DNA of 64,000 nucleotides from Malacoraja senta (lineage: Eukaryota): contig CM075977.1 in NCBI GenBank assembly GCA_038087875.1, positions 142,662,001 through 142,726,000 of the forward strand. The letters are read 5' to 3'. This document shows positions 14,019-26,671 of the stretch, piece after piece (position 1 is the stretch's first letter; each line of letters opens with the position of its first letter). Under the pieces are notes generated by a model, which saw only the letters and a list, made by a program, of their open reading frames with translations, was not told the origin of the DNA and did not search any database. The translations under genes were made by a program, and so were the position numbers.

Positions 14019-14254
14019 CAAATTGTTAATGTTTATGACTAACAGTAAGGGTCTCACCGCCCATCCCTGAGGTACAGGGCGTGGGGGGATTGAAGTTGTG
14101 GAAACTGAAGAAGAACCATTGCAAGGGTGGGTATTTAACTTAAAGGACATAACTGCAGCAGATTACCATAAATGATCTGCTCAGTTGGGCCCAGTGATAG
14201 GACAGGCCTCGCATCCATTATGACAGACAGCTTCTTGCACAGACAATGCATTTA

Positions 14255-14770
14255 CATAGATACATAGACAATAGATGCAGGAGAAGGCCATTCGGCCCCT
14301 CGAGCCAGCACCACCATTCAATATGATCATAGCTGATCATCAACAATCAGTACCCCGCTCCTGCCTTCTCCCCATTTCCCTTGATTCTGCTAGCCCTAAG
14401 AGCTCTATCCAACTCTCTTTTGAATGCATCCAGTGAATCGGCCTCCACTGCCTTCTGTGGCAGAGAATTCCACAAATTCAGAACTCTCTGTGTGAACAAC
14501 ATTTTCCTCATCTCCGTTCCACCCCTTATTCTTAAACTGTGGCCCCTGGTTCTGGACTCCCACAACATCGGGAACATGTTTCCTGCATCTAGCCTGTCCA
14601 ATCCCTTAATAATGTTACATGTTTCTATAAGATCCCCTCTCATCCTTCTAAATTCCAGTGAATACAAGCCCAGTCGCTTCATACTTTCATCATATGACAC
14701 CAGTCCCACCATCCCAAGAATTAATCTTGTGAACCTACGCTGCACTCCCTCAATAGCAAGAATGTCCCTC
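14255..14770 (-). mobile_element. CR1 LINE 3' fragment
   Basis: ORF 14347-14772 contains DILAIEGVQRRFTR. Confidence 0.88.
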
Positions 14771-15117
14771 AAATTAGTTTCATTTGTAGATGAAAATCAC
14801 GAAGATGTCCAGACAAAAATTACATGCTGTTGAATCTGATGGTATATGTTCCTGCATCGATATAGCAGACCCACAGCAAACACAGTAGAAAATTATGGGC
14901 ACCATAATTCACATATTAACTATACTAATTTATACAAAACTATACAAAATTTATACAGAACTAGATCAAAAAACATTTTTGTTCACATAAATTGTGTTAT
15001 GTACTGCATATAAACAACGTTATTTTATTGAACAATGAAGACTTTTAGTAATAACTTCTATTTCCATCTATTACAAGCAGAGTTAATAATTCAACCAACA
15101 AACTACATGGGACATAC

Positions 15118-15272
15118 CATGAAGACGAATGAGCGAGTGCTATAATTCCAGTATCTGTAGCTGCTGTCCAACTGACATCCACAGAAGTTAGCTTGTGGCA
15201 AACTGCACTTGCATGGAGTAGAATTGAGTCCCCTGTCAGCTTAGGTCCACTGCAGCATGTAATGTAGAGTTC
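15118..15272 (-). CDS. F-box/LRR gene LRR exon (ELYITCCSGPKLTGDSILLHASAVCHKLTSVDVSWTAATDTGIIALAHSSS)
   Basis: cag acceptor and gtatgt donor. 155 nt, phase 0 in and phase 2 out. Cysteine-containing LRR pattern. Confidence 0.9.
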
Positions 15273-15391
15273 CTGTTTATTGGGAAATGTTACTTTTAAA
15301 ATAGGAACAGAATCAACATGGTATTAAAAGTTTTCATGTTGAAAAAGTATTTTTGTATAGATTTGCTCATATTGGACATATATATGTTTCA

Positions 15392-16387
15392 TAGGTTTCC
15401 CTCTTCCATCATAGATGAGGCCCTCATTAGGGTCTCCTTCATATCCTGCAGCTCCGCTCTTGCTCCCCCTCCCCCGTCATAACAGGGACAGAGTTCCCCT
15501 AGTCCTCACCTTCCACCCCATCAGCCGTCGCACACAGCATATAATCCACCGATATATTCGCCACCTCCAACGAGATCCCACCATTAGCCACATCTTCCCA
15601 TCTCCACCCCTTTCCGCTTTCTGCAGAGACTGTTCCCTCCGCAAATCCTGGTCAACTCGTCCCTTCCCACCCAAACCACTCCCTCCGCAGGTTTTATCCC
15701 CTGCAACCTCAGGAGATGCAACACCTGTTCCTATACATTCCCCCTCGACTCCGTCGAAGGACCCCGGCAGTCTTTTTAGGCGAGGCAGAGGTTCACTTGC
15801 ACCTCCTCCAACCTCATCTACTGTATTCGCTGTTCCAGGTGTGGACTCTTATATATCGGCGAGACCAAGCGCAGGCTCAGTGACGTTTCGCTGAACACCT
15901 CCTCTCAGTCTGCCTAAACCTATCTGATCTCCCGCTTGCTAAGCATTTTAACTCCCCCTCCCATTCCCACACTGACCTTTCTGTCCTGTGCCTCCTCCAT
16001 TGTCAGTGCAAATTGGAGGAACAGCACCTCATATTTTGCTTGGGCAATTTACACCCCAGCGGTATGAACATTGACTTCTCTAACTTCAAGTAACCCTTGT
16101 TTTCCCTCTCTCTCCATCCCTCCCCCTTCCCAGTTCTCCGACAAGACGTACGGTGTCTAACTACATTTTATCTCTTTGCTTTGTTGTTACTTTCTCCCAG
16201 CTAACAATGATCTATTCTACATTTTATCTATGTATCTCCTTCTCCCGACATCAGTCTGAAGAAGGGTCTCGACCTGAAACATCACCCATTCTCTCTCTCC
16301 ATAGATGCTGCCTGTCCCGCTGAGGTACTCCAGCATTTTGTGTCTATCTTCGGTTTAAACCAGCATCTGCATTTCCTTCCTACACAG
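15392..16387 (+). mobile_element. Penelope-like element 3' portion (RT C-terminus, GIY-YIG endonuclease, terminal repeat)
   Basis: PLVLTFHP and FTCTSSNLIYCIRCSRCGLLYIGETKR peptides. Possible tgtttca TSD. Confidence 0.85.
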
Positions 16388-16501
16388 TGTTTCACTTACC
16401 TGCCTCAAGTTAATTGCAATGAATGGATGTAATCTGGAAAGCTGAGAATGAGGAAATTGTGTTTTTTTGGATGTTGAGGTTTCATTGTGATATATTTGTT
16501 A

Positions 16502-19271
16502 TCTATCTATACATAGATAACTAAAACTCTGATCTTGTGCTCTTCCAGTTTGCGTGGTTTATATCTATTTGCGCAAAAACGGTACACGATAGTGCTACGA
16601 TGTTTCGCCAACTTACTCACCATTCTCATGTGCCCGAGTGCAACAAGTTTTGTTCTGATCTATGGTATATTTTAAAAGTTATTAAGGTTTAAAAATCTTA
16701 CAAACCACGCAGGCACAGATTGGTCTCTTCTCCTTACAGTCAATGCCACGGCCGGGACAGCAATGCCCCTTCCTGCACCATTGCCGCACTGATTGGCCGT
16801 GTCCGCTGTCAGTCACCTGGAGGTCGCCACCAGCGTCGCAGTGAAGGAGTGGCGGCGGCCGGCGAGGTGGCGGCACCCAATGTGTTGCTGCAGCTGCCCG
16901 ACATGTTGGTGCGGCTGCCCGACTTGTTGCTGTGGGCTGTGCGGTACCTAGTGGGGAGGGTGGTGCGCAGGCCAAGCCCGGGGACTGAGCTCGGGCCCCG
17001 GCTGGAGCCAAGGATGAGCCCAGTGACTGGGCCTGGGCTGGAGCCAAGCCCGGGGCTGGAGCTGGAGTGAGGGCCGAGCACGGAGCTTGGGATGGGACCA
17101 TGACCGGGGCCGAGAAAGAAGCCGTGGCCTGGAACCAAGGACGAGCCTGGGTCCAGGGTCAGGGACGAGCCCGGAGATGAAGTCAGGGCCTGGACTGGAG
17201 CCCAAGCGGTGGCCAAGCTGAGGGCTGGAGTCATGCCCAAGCCCGGGGCCTGGGTCAAGGCCGAGCTGGGGGTCTGGAGTTATGCCGAAGCCCGATCCCT
17301 GGCACGTAGTCCACGGCTTCATGACGGACCGGCTGCGTAGCGTCCGCCAGGACAATGTGTCCCAGCGCCTCGGGGGCTGCCCGGCCACCGCCATCCTGGA
17401 GCACAACCTCCGCTTCCTGCTCTGCGGGCAGCTCTGGCTCGGCCGCCTGCCACCCTCACCCCCGCCCCCGGCACAGCGAGCCCTGCTCCGTCGAGGCTTG
17501 CAAATGCTTCGGCCGCCTGCTAGCCGCCTACAGCCAGGGCCGGGCCGAGTACAAGAACCAGGCCAAGTTCCAGGCCCTGGTGCTGCTCTACGACCTGGGT
17601 AGGTGCTGGGGCAGGGAATGGGAGTGAGGGGAGGAGGATGAGGGAATGGGGTGGCGGGAGATGGGGTGGGGAGTGGGGTGGTAGAGGGTGATGGGGAGTG
17701 TGGAGGAGAGAGATGGGGAGGGGTGGAGGAAGGCGTTGGGGTGGGGTGGTAGAGGGAGATGGGGGGGGGGTGGAGGAAAGAGAGTGGGGAGGTTGGAGGA
17801 GGGAGATGGGGAGGGAAGTGGGTGGAAAGGTGGGTGGGGTGAAGTAGGAAGATAAGGAGAGTGGGGTGGAAATGAAGGGGTGGAGGAGGGAGATGGGTCA
17901 AGTGGTGAATGAGGGAGATGGGGAGGGGTGAAGGAAGAAGGGGGGAGTGGGGTGGAGGAATGAGATGTGGAAGAGGTGAGGGGTGGAGAGGGAGATGTAT
18001 AGGGGCGGGGGAGTCGATGTGGAGTGGATAAGGGAGATGGAAAAGAGGTGATGTTGGAGGAGAAATATGGGGTGGGGGAGGGAATTGTGGTGGGAGAGTG
18101 AGCGGAGAGGACAGAGGGTGGAGAAGGGAGTTGGGGAGGGAGATGGGGCTAGAGTGTGGGATGAATGAAGGAGGTGAGGAATATAGTGGAGTGGATGAGG
18201 GAGATGGGGAGGGGTGGGGGAGGAAAATGGTGGGGAGTGGATTGGAGAGGGAGATGGGACGGAGGAGTTGATGGAGAGGGGTGAAAGTGTGAGGTGGATG
18301 AGGGAGTGGGGAGGTGAGGGAGCAAGATGAAGATGGGGTGGGGGAGTTGGGTGGAAGAGGTAGATGAGAGGGAAAGTGGTGTGAAGGATGGAGTGAGGTG
18401 GAGGAGCAAAATGCTTGAGGAGGCAGGTGGGGTGGGAGAGTGTGGTGAAAGAGGGAGTGGGGAAACACAGGGAGAGTGGAAAGTGAACATTTTAAAAATC
18501 TACGAATGTTGGCAGCCTAAAATAAAAACAGAAAATGCTCAGCGGGTCAGGCAGCATCTGTGGAGAGGGAGAATGAGAGGGCGGTTTGGGATAAGGGGTA
18601 GTAGGAGAGATGGGTGGTGATGCTGGAGAGATGTGGGGTAAGGGAGAGAGGACAGGTGGAGGTAGGGTGTGAAGGGTGAAGATGGAGAGGTGAGGGAGAG
18701 GAGGGGATGGGGCAGGAGGGTTGAAGATGGAGAGATGTGGGATAAGGGAGAGGGTGATAGTGGGAGAGATGGGGAGGAAGGGGTAATGGAAACGGTGATA
18801 GTGGGAATGTGAACCCTGGCTACCTTTGTGTGCAGTTAGCACAGACTCTGCCTCTACGCCCCCCCCCCCCCCCCGCCCAGGTCAGGAGGGATAGTGGGGG
18901 GGGATAGGGGGAGGTAAGGAGTGGGGGGAGGTGGACGATAGAGGGATAGGAGTGGGTAGGAAGGGGAGAGGAGTTATGGTGGGAGGGAGGGAGGGAGGGA
19001 GGGAGGGAGGGAGGGAGGGAGTGTGAGGGTAGAGAAAAGGAGAAGGAGGGATTGAGGGAGAGGATGAGGAGAGGGGAAAGAAGTGGGGGGATGAAGAGGA
19101 GGAAGAGAGAGGGAGTGCTGGGGATGAGGAGAAATGAGCTGCGCCAGTGCAGTTGGGGCTATGGGTGAGTGGTGGAATATTGCGTTGGGGGAACGGGTTG
19201 CGTTGGGGGAACAGGTGAGTGCTGGAATATTGCGCTGGGGAGCAGACCCAATGGGTCTGCACTTAATCTAG
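16502..19271 (+). mobile_element. Non-autonomous Helitron-like element H2 carrying a SAC3D1-like fragment
   Basis: 5' end a|TCtatct...ataactaaaactctgatcttg. 3' end is the gcagacccaatgggtctgc hairpin followed by acttaatCTAG|t. A|T target, no TSD. Confidence 0.85.
16870..17598 (+). pseudogene. SAC3D1: Captured, frameshifted SAC3/GANP-domain (SAC3D1-like) exon fragment
   Basis: Collinear peptides RLPDLLLWAVRYLVGRV, FMTDRLRSVRQD, ILEHNLRFLLC and CFGRLLAAY..QAKFQALVLLYDLG match SAC3D1 motifs recalled from memory. Ends at a G|GTAGGT donor-like site. Contains stops and frameshifts. Confidence 0.8.
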
Positions 19272-19974
19272 TTATATATATTTACAAAAATTAAATACAA
19301 ATGACAAAAAGTGACTCTTTCAAATTTAATTAAGATTACATATAACTAAAGGTTGTTTGTAAACAGAAGGAAATATCAACCCTGAGATGTCACATACCAC
19401 ATACGGTAGGGTTACTTTCCAAATAGGTCATTTCTACTATTCAAGTGGCACTGATTCTGTTATAAATCCCGGGGTAATTTCATTCAAATATCCAATTATA
19501 CTGGTAAGGACAATATGTCACTCCACTGAGCAGTTATGGAAATTGTAAACATATTTACTTCATGATTAATTAGTAAACACCAAATTTAATGTAATGATAA
19601 GTAACCTGATTTCATCTTGAAAGTATTACTGATGGCTAGAGAGGGAGAAGGAATGAATAGATGCCATGTTTTGAATTAATTAAGGCTGGGACAAAGTGGC
19701 CACAGTGAACTGAACTGAATTGATCCCAGATAAGCTGCAGACCGTGAATGGGAATATCCAATTGAGTATTGGAACAAAACCTGTAGGAAAAAAATGCTCC
19801 ACTTGTGCAATTTAGCAAGACCATGTCAACAAACAACATATGGGGGGGGGGGCGAGGGGAGGGGGATGTCAGTTACAGAAATGGACAGAGAAATGGAAGA
19901 TGGAGTTTAATCTGAACAATTCATAAATTTATGCATTACGTTTTGGAAAGTATACAGTTAAGGGCAAAACCCTT

Positions 19975-20322
19975 GGAAACATAGAAACATAGAAAATAGG
20001 TGCAGGAGGAGACCATTTGGCCCCTCGAGCCAGCATCACCATTCATTGTGATAATGGCTGATCATCCGCAATCAGTAACCCGTGCCTGCCATCTCCCCAT
20101 ATCCTTTGATTCCGCTAGCCCCTAGAGATCTATCTAACTCTCTTTGAAATTCATCCAGTTAATTGGCCTCCACTGTCTTCTGTGGCAGAGAATTCCACAA
20201 GTTCACAACTCTCTGGGTGAAAATTATTTATCATCTCAGCTTTAAATCCCCCCCCCCCTTTATTCTTAGACTGTGGCCCCTGGTTTTGGACTCCCCCCCA
20301 ACATTGGGAACCTTTTTTCCTA
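19975..20322 (-). mobile_element. CR1 LINE 3' fragment nested in an older + strand CR1 (~19870-21015)
   Basis: Tail repeat and 3' homology. Host ORF 20563-20907 is CR1-like. Confidence 0.8.
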
Positions 20323-22385
20323 CAGCATTGATGCACAGAAGGATCTTGGGGTCCAAGTCCATGGCTCCCTGAAGTTTCAACACAAAGAGATAGAGTTGTA
20401 AAGAAGGTGTATGCTATGCCTATCTTCTTTGGTTGGGGTATTTAGTATATGAGTAAGGAGGTAATGTTGCACCTTTATAGGACATAGGTTAGACCCCATT
20501 TGGAGTAATGCAGGCAGTTCTAGTTGCTGTATTCCAGGTAGGATGCAGAGTCTTTGTAAAGGGTGCAGAAGAAATTTACCAGAATGCTGCCTGGCCTAGC
20601 TGGTATTACCAAGAAACAAAGGTTGAACAAACTTGAATTGTTTTCTCCGGAACATCGGAGGTTGAGAGGAATAGATGGGGTAGACATTCAGAACATTTCT
20701 TCCAGGGTTGAAATGTCAAGGACTAGAGGCCATAACTTTAAGTTGAGAGTGGCGTTGTTTAAAGCAGGTGTGCGGGGCAGAGTTTATACACAGAGAGTGG
20801 TGAGTGCCTGGAACACGCTACCAATGATGGCAATGGAGACAAATACAAAAGTGACATTTAAAAGCATTTTAGATTGGTACATGGATATGCAGAGAATGGA
20901 GGGATAAGGATCAAGCGCAGGCAGATGAGATTAGTTTAACTTGGCTTCATGTTTGCCATGGATATTGTGGGATGAAGGGGCAGTTTCTGTACTGCACTGT
21001 GTTGTGTTCTCTGTTCTACGTAAAATTTTCAGTATGCCCTACTTAACATTTCATTACCGAGGATTAAATCCAACATGCATCTTCCCTAACTAGGCACCAA
21101 ACGTTAATACAGAATTTTGTATTCCTAGATACACTTCAGAAACTTCAACCTCCACCCCATTCCCACCCCCACCGCTTTTTTCTGCCCAGCTGCATTCAGT
21201 TTTGGACTAATTAATTTCATCCATTATCAATCTTCTTTGTCTCCTAATTGAATGATATTCTGTTATTCATGGGGCATCGCCGGTAGCAGTCCTGGAGCCT
21301 CAGCTATTTGCAATTTATATTAATGACAGATGAAAAGACTGGAAAATAACACAGTTCCGTTGGGAAATGAGGCATGAGGAGAAAGCAGACCATAATGTGC
21401 TGAGTGAATAGATAAGAAGGATCTGTGACAGACATTCTGCAGCCTCAAATACAAGAAACAGCCTGGTGTCCAGACTTGATAAGGGTGTGCATGCTTTAGC
21501 TAGCATGCTCATGAGGGCACCGTCTCACCTCCAACCCTTATTCTATGAGCAAAAGTCTCAGCTGTGCCCACATCCAGCTATCCCAGATTGCTCCATCAAT
21601 TTATCATGTGCAATAATCTGGTCCCCATCTAATCAAGGGTTTCTCAAAGGTCAGGAATGATATCAGTAAGTGAATGGCCAGATTGCAGACATGTAGGGGA
21701 CATCATGACATTGTGTTAAGACTTCAAATCACACAAATAAGTTAGTGAGCAGGGAAAGGCACAAAGGTGTGTAATTATTACTGAAAGTTTATAATAAATA
21801 ACAGGTCTGGCAGATGCTCACCTTGACGTGCTTCATTTATGAAGGATTCTATTGCCAAGGGTATCATTGAATGAGTAGGTCAACAATTACATGTTGGAAG
21901 CACTCCCTGTCAGATTAGGCATACACTATGAACTCTAGGTAAGATTTTTGAGCAATCTTAAGTCAGTTCGGAAGCTACTTCATCAAGTCTCACACTGTAA
22001 CCAAAGTATCTCTGTAAAATACTCATAAAATGTATGAAGGTACGACTATCTTCCCCTATTTATACTGTGACTTTTCAATTAAGATTGCAGGTTTCACTCA
22101 AAAGCTGTAATTTATACTGGTAAGCGATAAGTACTGTATGCCTTGTAATATAATTGGGTGCATATGTGATACTGAAAAAATAAGGTAATTAATAAAGTCA
22201 ATTGTGCATGGAAGTACCCAGGCCATTTTCTGTATGGGAGTGATTTCACCCTGAAATTATTAATACCAGGAACTAACTCGGGCTAAATAGTTTTAATACA
22301 TGATTTGCACATAAAATAGGCACAAATTGATCTGGTTCCCAGCAATAATATTGAGTGTCTTGATACCCATTTGAAAGCCACCTAT

Positions 22386-23125
22386 TAGGTATGTTACAAA
22401 ACTTACCTTCAGTCGCGCTGTAATTCTGCCACTGGCCGTGTGCGCGATTTTGGCGCCTTTAAGGGGGGGGCGGGGTTAAAACGCGGTTTCTCCTCCCTTG
22501 TCCTGGAAATATTTTGTTGGAGTACAAAACTTCGCTGACAAAATCGTTCCTACCGGCGATTTGCGAATTTTTTTTTTAAATTAAATCGTCAATGTCAGCG
22601 CTACAGTCATTTTAAAAGCAGCTCCTGAAGCGTCAACGCCAATAACGGGGACGGATTTCACACAATGGACAGGTAAACAAAAGTGCTTTCTTTAAATGTA
22701 TAAAAGTGTTTCTTAAGAAGCCTTTAATTCACATTTTTACATGCGACACGGTGATTTTATTCCCCGAATTAACGGCAGTATTTTTCATGCCAATACGGGG
22801 TTAAATTCACCGCAAATGAACGTTCCAAAAGATCGCGTTCCAGAAATTCTCACTCGCAAGATGAATTAAATCCCCATTAATTTACAGGTATTAAACATTC
22901 AATTCCTTCCATTTGGCCTGTAAATTCATGAAAATTAGATTTAAAAATTATGTTATATTGTGAATTATTGTGTGAATGTTATTTGGACACTTAGGCTATT
23001 TAAAAATGTTAATCTATTCTTAAGAAATTGATAGATGTTTAGATCTAGTAATTGAATTTTGTAATTAGCTACAATTAGGTAACTAACTAATTATATGCTT
23101 TACTTTCATGTCTTCGAAGTAAGAT
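22386..23125. mobile_element. Probable non-autonomous DNA transposon, one end visible
   Basis: Abrupt CpG-rich block starting taggtatgttacaaaac and running into a gap. Family not determined. Confidence 0.35.
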
Positions 23126-23325
23126 NNNNNNNNNNNNNNNNNNNNNNNNNNNNNNNNNNNNNNNNNNNNNNNNNNNNNNNNNNNNNNNNNNNNNNNNNNN
23201 NNNNNNNNNNNNNNNNNNNNNNNNNNNNNNNNNNNNNNNNNNNNNNNNNNNNNNNNNNNNNNNNNNNNNNNNNNNNNNNNNNNNNNNNNNNNNNNNNNNN
23301 NNNNNNNNNNNNNNNNNNNNNNNNN

Positions 23326-24412
23326 GATTCAACAGTGGCTGAATGGGAGATGCCAGAGAGTAATGGTGGATGGCTGTTTGTCAGGTTGGAGGCCGGTGAC
23401 TGTTGGGGTGCCTCAGGGGTCTGTGTTGGGTCCACTGTTGTTTGTCATGTACATCAATGATCTGGATGATGGTGTGGAAAATTGGATTAGTAAGTATGCA
23501 GATGATACTGAGGTAGGTGGTGTTGTGGATAATTAAGTAGATCTTCAAAGTCTACAGAGAGATTTAGGCCATTTGGAAGAGTGGGCTGAAAGATGGCAGA
23601 TGGAGTTTAATGCTGATAAATGTGAGGTGCTACATCTCGGCAGGACAAATCAAAATAGGACAGACATGGTAAATGGTAGCGAATTGAGGAATGCCGTTGA
23701 ACAGAGGGATCTAGGAATAACTGTGCATAGTTCCCTGAAGGTGGAATCTCATGTAGATAGGGTGGTAAAGAAAGCTTTTGGTGTGCTGGCCTTTATAAAT
23801 CAGAGCATTGAGTATAGAAGTTGGGATGTAATGTTAAAATTGTACAAGGCATTGGTGAGGCCAATTCTGGAGTATGGAGTACAATTTTTGGTCGCCTAAT
23901 TATAGGAAGGATGTCAACAAAATAGAGAGAGTACAGAGGAGATTTACGAGAATGTTGCCTGGGTTTCAGCAACTAAATTACAGAGAAAGGCTGAACAAGT
24001 TAGGTCTTTATTCTTTGGAGCGCAGAAGGTTAAGGGGGGACTTGATAGAGGTCTTTAAAATGATGAGAGGGATAGACAGAGTTGACGTGGATAAGCTTTT
24101 CCCATTGAGAGTAGGGAAGATTCAAACAAGAGGACATGACTTGAGAATTAAGGGACAGAAGTTTAGGGGTAACATTAGGGGGAACTTCTTTACTCAGAGA
24201 GTGGTAGCTGTGTGGAATGAGCTTCCAGTGGAAGTGGTGGAGGCAGGTTCGATTTTATCATTTAAAAATAGATTGGATGGGTATATGGACGAGAAAGGAA
24301 TGGAGGGTTATGGTCTGAGTGCAGGTAGATGGGACTAGGGGAGAAAAGGTGTTCGGCATGGACTTGAAGGGCCGAGATGGCCTGTTTCCATGCTGTAATT
24401 GTTATATGGTTA
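23326..24412 (+). mobile_element. CR1 LINE RT/3' part
   Basis: GVPQGSVLGP, KYADD, WQMEFNADKCEV and RRRLRGDLIE motifs. Confidence 0.92.
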
Positions 24413-25174
24413 TCTCCTTGGTGCAGTAAAAAACAAACGTTTTATGATTCTATATCATGAGTTCTTACAAGAATTGTGAAAACTTCACATAAATGCAACC
24501 TATCAGTAAAATATTTTTTGAATACGTCATGTCTTAAGTCCTGTTAATGATAATATTGGCCAAATAAAATGTCACAAAATGGAGAATCTCTGTATTTGCA
24601 AAGCCTGTTTGTCCACTTTCTGTGGAAGGTTGCAAGCTGTGAGTCACGCTCCAAGTAGTCTGGACCCTAGATGGAAGTTGAGGATAAGGCGAGGTCCAAA
24701 TGTCTCTCCTTTTGTTTATATGTATGAGGGTTTTGTAGAAGACCTAAGAGGTGTTGCATATGCATGATTAGGTCAGATAGGGGGGTGTTGTAAAGTACTG
24801 TTAATTATGTTGCAGTGTTTGTGCTGTTATCTTGTGAAGTGTGAAGCCTTGTTCAAATTGTTTATACTACCTGGAGAAATATTTCTATTCTTTTGTAAAC
24901 TGTCTTCCTGCTAGAACTTTCTGTAGAAACAATGTAATGGTGAATTTTGTGATTGGGTTCGGGAACTGTCAATAGCTATAATCTAATCAAGATTCAAGAG
25001 AGTTTATTGTCATGCAAGGACAATGAAATTCTTGCTTGATCTTCTCTCGAGCATAAAGGAGAGTTACATAGACCTCCTAGGACCATGTGTTGACCATGCT
25101 GCAAGTTTGAGTCGAGTGCAAACGCTTCTAAACTCGCAAATTAGGTCCCCGCAGTGGGACAGGCCCTTTAGTTG

Positions 25175-26174
25175 ATCCAGTGCTGGACTCAGTGTTTTAC
25201 TGACCCACATGCCCACCAATCGAGGCCCACCTAGCTCCTGGCCCCGCCCAAGTACGCTCGCACCACGTCTCCCGCAGCTGGACTCCCATGTCCGCCCACT
25301 CCACCGCCCACCCCCCCCCCCCCTGTACAAATGCGCAGAAAGAACGAGCGTTCTGCAGATCGGGAGGTCACAGCAGGTTACACCTGGTCACCGGAGGCCA
25401 CCGGCTTCTGAATCATTTCCGTATCCCCCGCCCGATGGTAGAACATGGCTGCCCCACCCTCCCTCCCGCTCCAAACCCAACGCGCTGCCAGTCACGCCGC
25501 TCGCAAGTCCTTTGATAAAAACCTTGCGATGCCCCCCCTCTCTCTCCCCCCTCCTCTCTCTCTCTCTCTCTCTCTCTCTCCCCCCTCCTCTCTCTCTCTC
25601 TCTCCCCCCCACCTCTCTTTCTCCCTCTCCNNNNNNNNNNNNNNNNNNNNNNNNNNNNNNNNNNNNNNNNNNNNNNNNNNNNNNNNNNNNNNNNNNNNNN
25701 NNNNNNNNNNNNNNNNNNNNNNNNNNNNNNNNNNNNNNNNNNNNNNNNNNNNNNNNNNNNNNNNNNNNNNNNNNNCTCTCCTCTCTCTCTCCCCCCCTCT
25801 CTCTCTCTCTCCCTCCTCTCTTTCTCTCCCCCTCCTCTCTTTCTCTCCCCCTCCTCTCTCTCTCTCTCCCCTCCTCCCCCTCCCTGTTCCCCCCTCCCTG
25901 TTCCCCCACTCCCTCCCTCTCCCCCCATCTCTCTTTGCCCTCAATCTACCCCCCCCCTCTCCCACTCTAGACGTGCCTGCGAGTTGGGGGCTATGCGTCA
26001 GTAGATGGGGCGGTTATGGGGTAATAGGAGCAAATTAATAACATTCATATATTGACAAGGGGGGTAGTTAGTGTGTGGGGGTGGTTAATGTGTGTGACGC
26101 CAAATGCCGCCCCCCCCCCCCCCCGGCAACCGCACGTTGGGCGAACAGACCCAACGGGTCTGCACTTGGTCTAG
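25175..26174 (+). mobile_element. Helitron-like element H3 (5' end not recognisable; internal gap)
   Basis: 3' end is the cagaccc-aac-gggtctg hairpin followed by cacttggtCTAG|t. The last ~200 bp closely resemble H1. Confidence 0.75.
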
Positions 26175-26297
26175 TTCTCCTTAATTCTACCACAACCAAT
26201 GAAGAAGCTGCTAAAGCTATTGCCAACCTCTCAGAAGCTGTCCATCATACAGAATCACTTTAAACTGGGTCCAACATACAAATATGGTGCCTTGTAT

Positions 26298-26428
26298 AAG
26301 AATGGATGCTGGCGAATATTTAACCCTGACTGGTTTCGAGCATATCCCTGACTTGTATATAGCGATCATGTGGATGGCGTCTTTTGCCTACCTTGTGCCT
26401 TGTTTGTGAACAACAGGAAATCACTTGT
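26298..26428 (+). pseudogene. hAT transposase TTF-type zinc-finger fragment
   Basis: Translates as RIFNPDWFRAYP*LVYSDHVDGVFCLPCALF. Confidence 0.65.
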
Positions 26429-26671
26429 TGTTAAGTCAAGGTAAATCAAGTCTATTTGTCACATATACATACAAGATGTGCAGTAAAATGAAAGTGGCAA
26501 TGCTTGCGGATTGTGCAAAACAACAGAACAGTTGCTCCTGAATGTATATTGCCATTTACCACTACTACTAATGCAAGGGCATTCGTTGGCCTTGCCCTGT
26601 AAACCAACCCTGGTTCTGCAAATCCTGTCATGCCACCCCCCTTTTTGAAAAGCTTCATACGGGCCTGTGTG

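Noticed and set aside
16948-18468. 506-aa Pro/His-rich ORF (and similar ORFs at 4983-5474, 25209-26038, 39770-41026, 41473-42231)
   Set aside because: These are stop-poor by-products of low-complexity GA/CT tracts and tandem repeats inside Helitron-like elements.
24770-24960. G-run followed by TGTTGTA, resembling a PPT and LTR start
   Set aside because: No second LTR, CA end or coding remnant could be identified.
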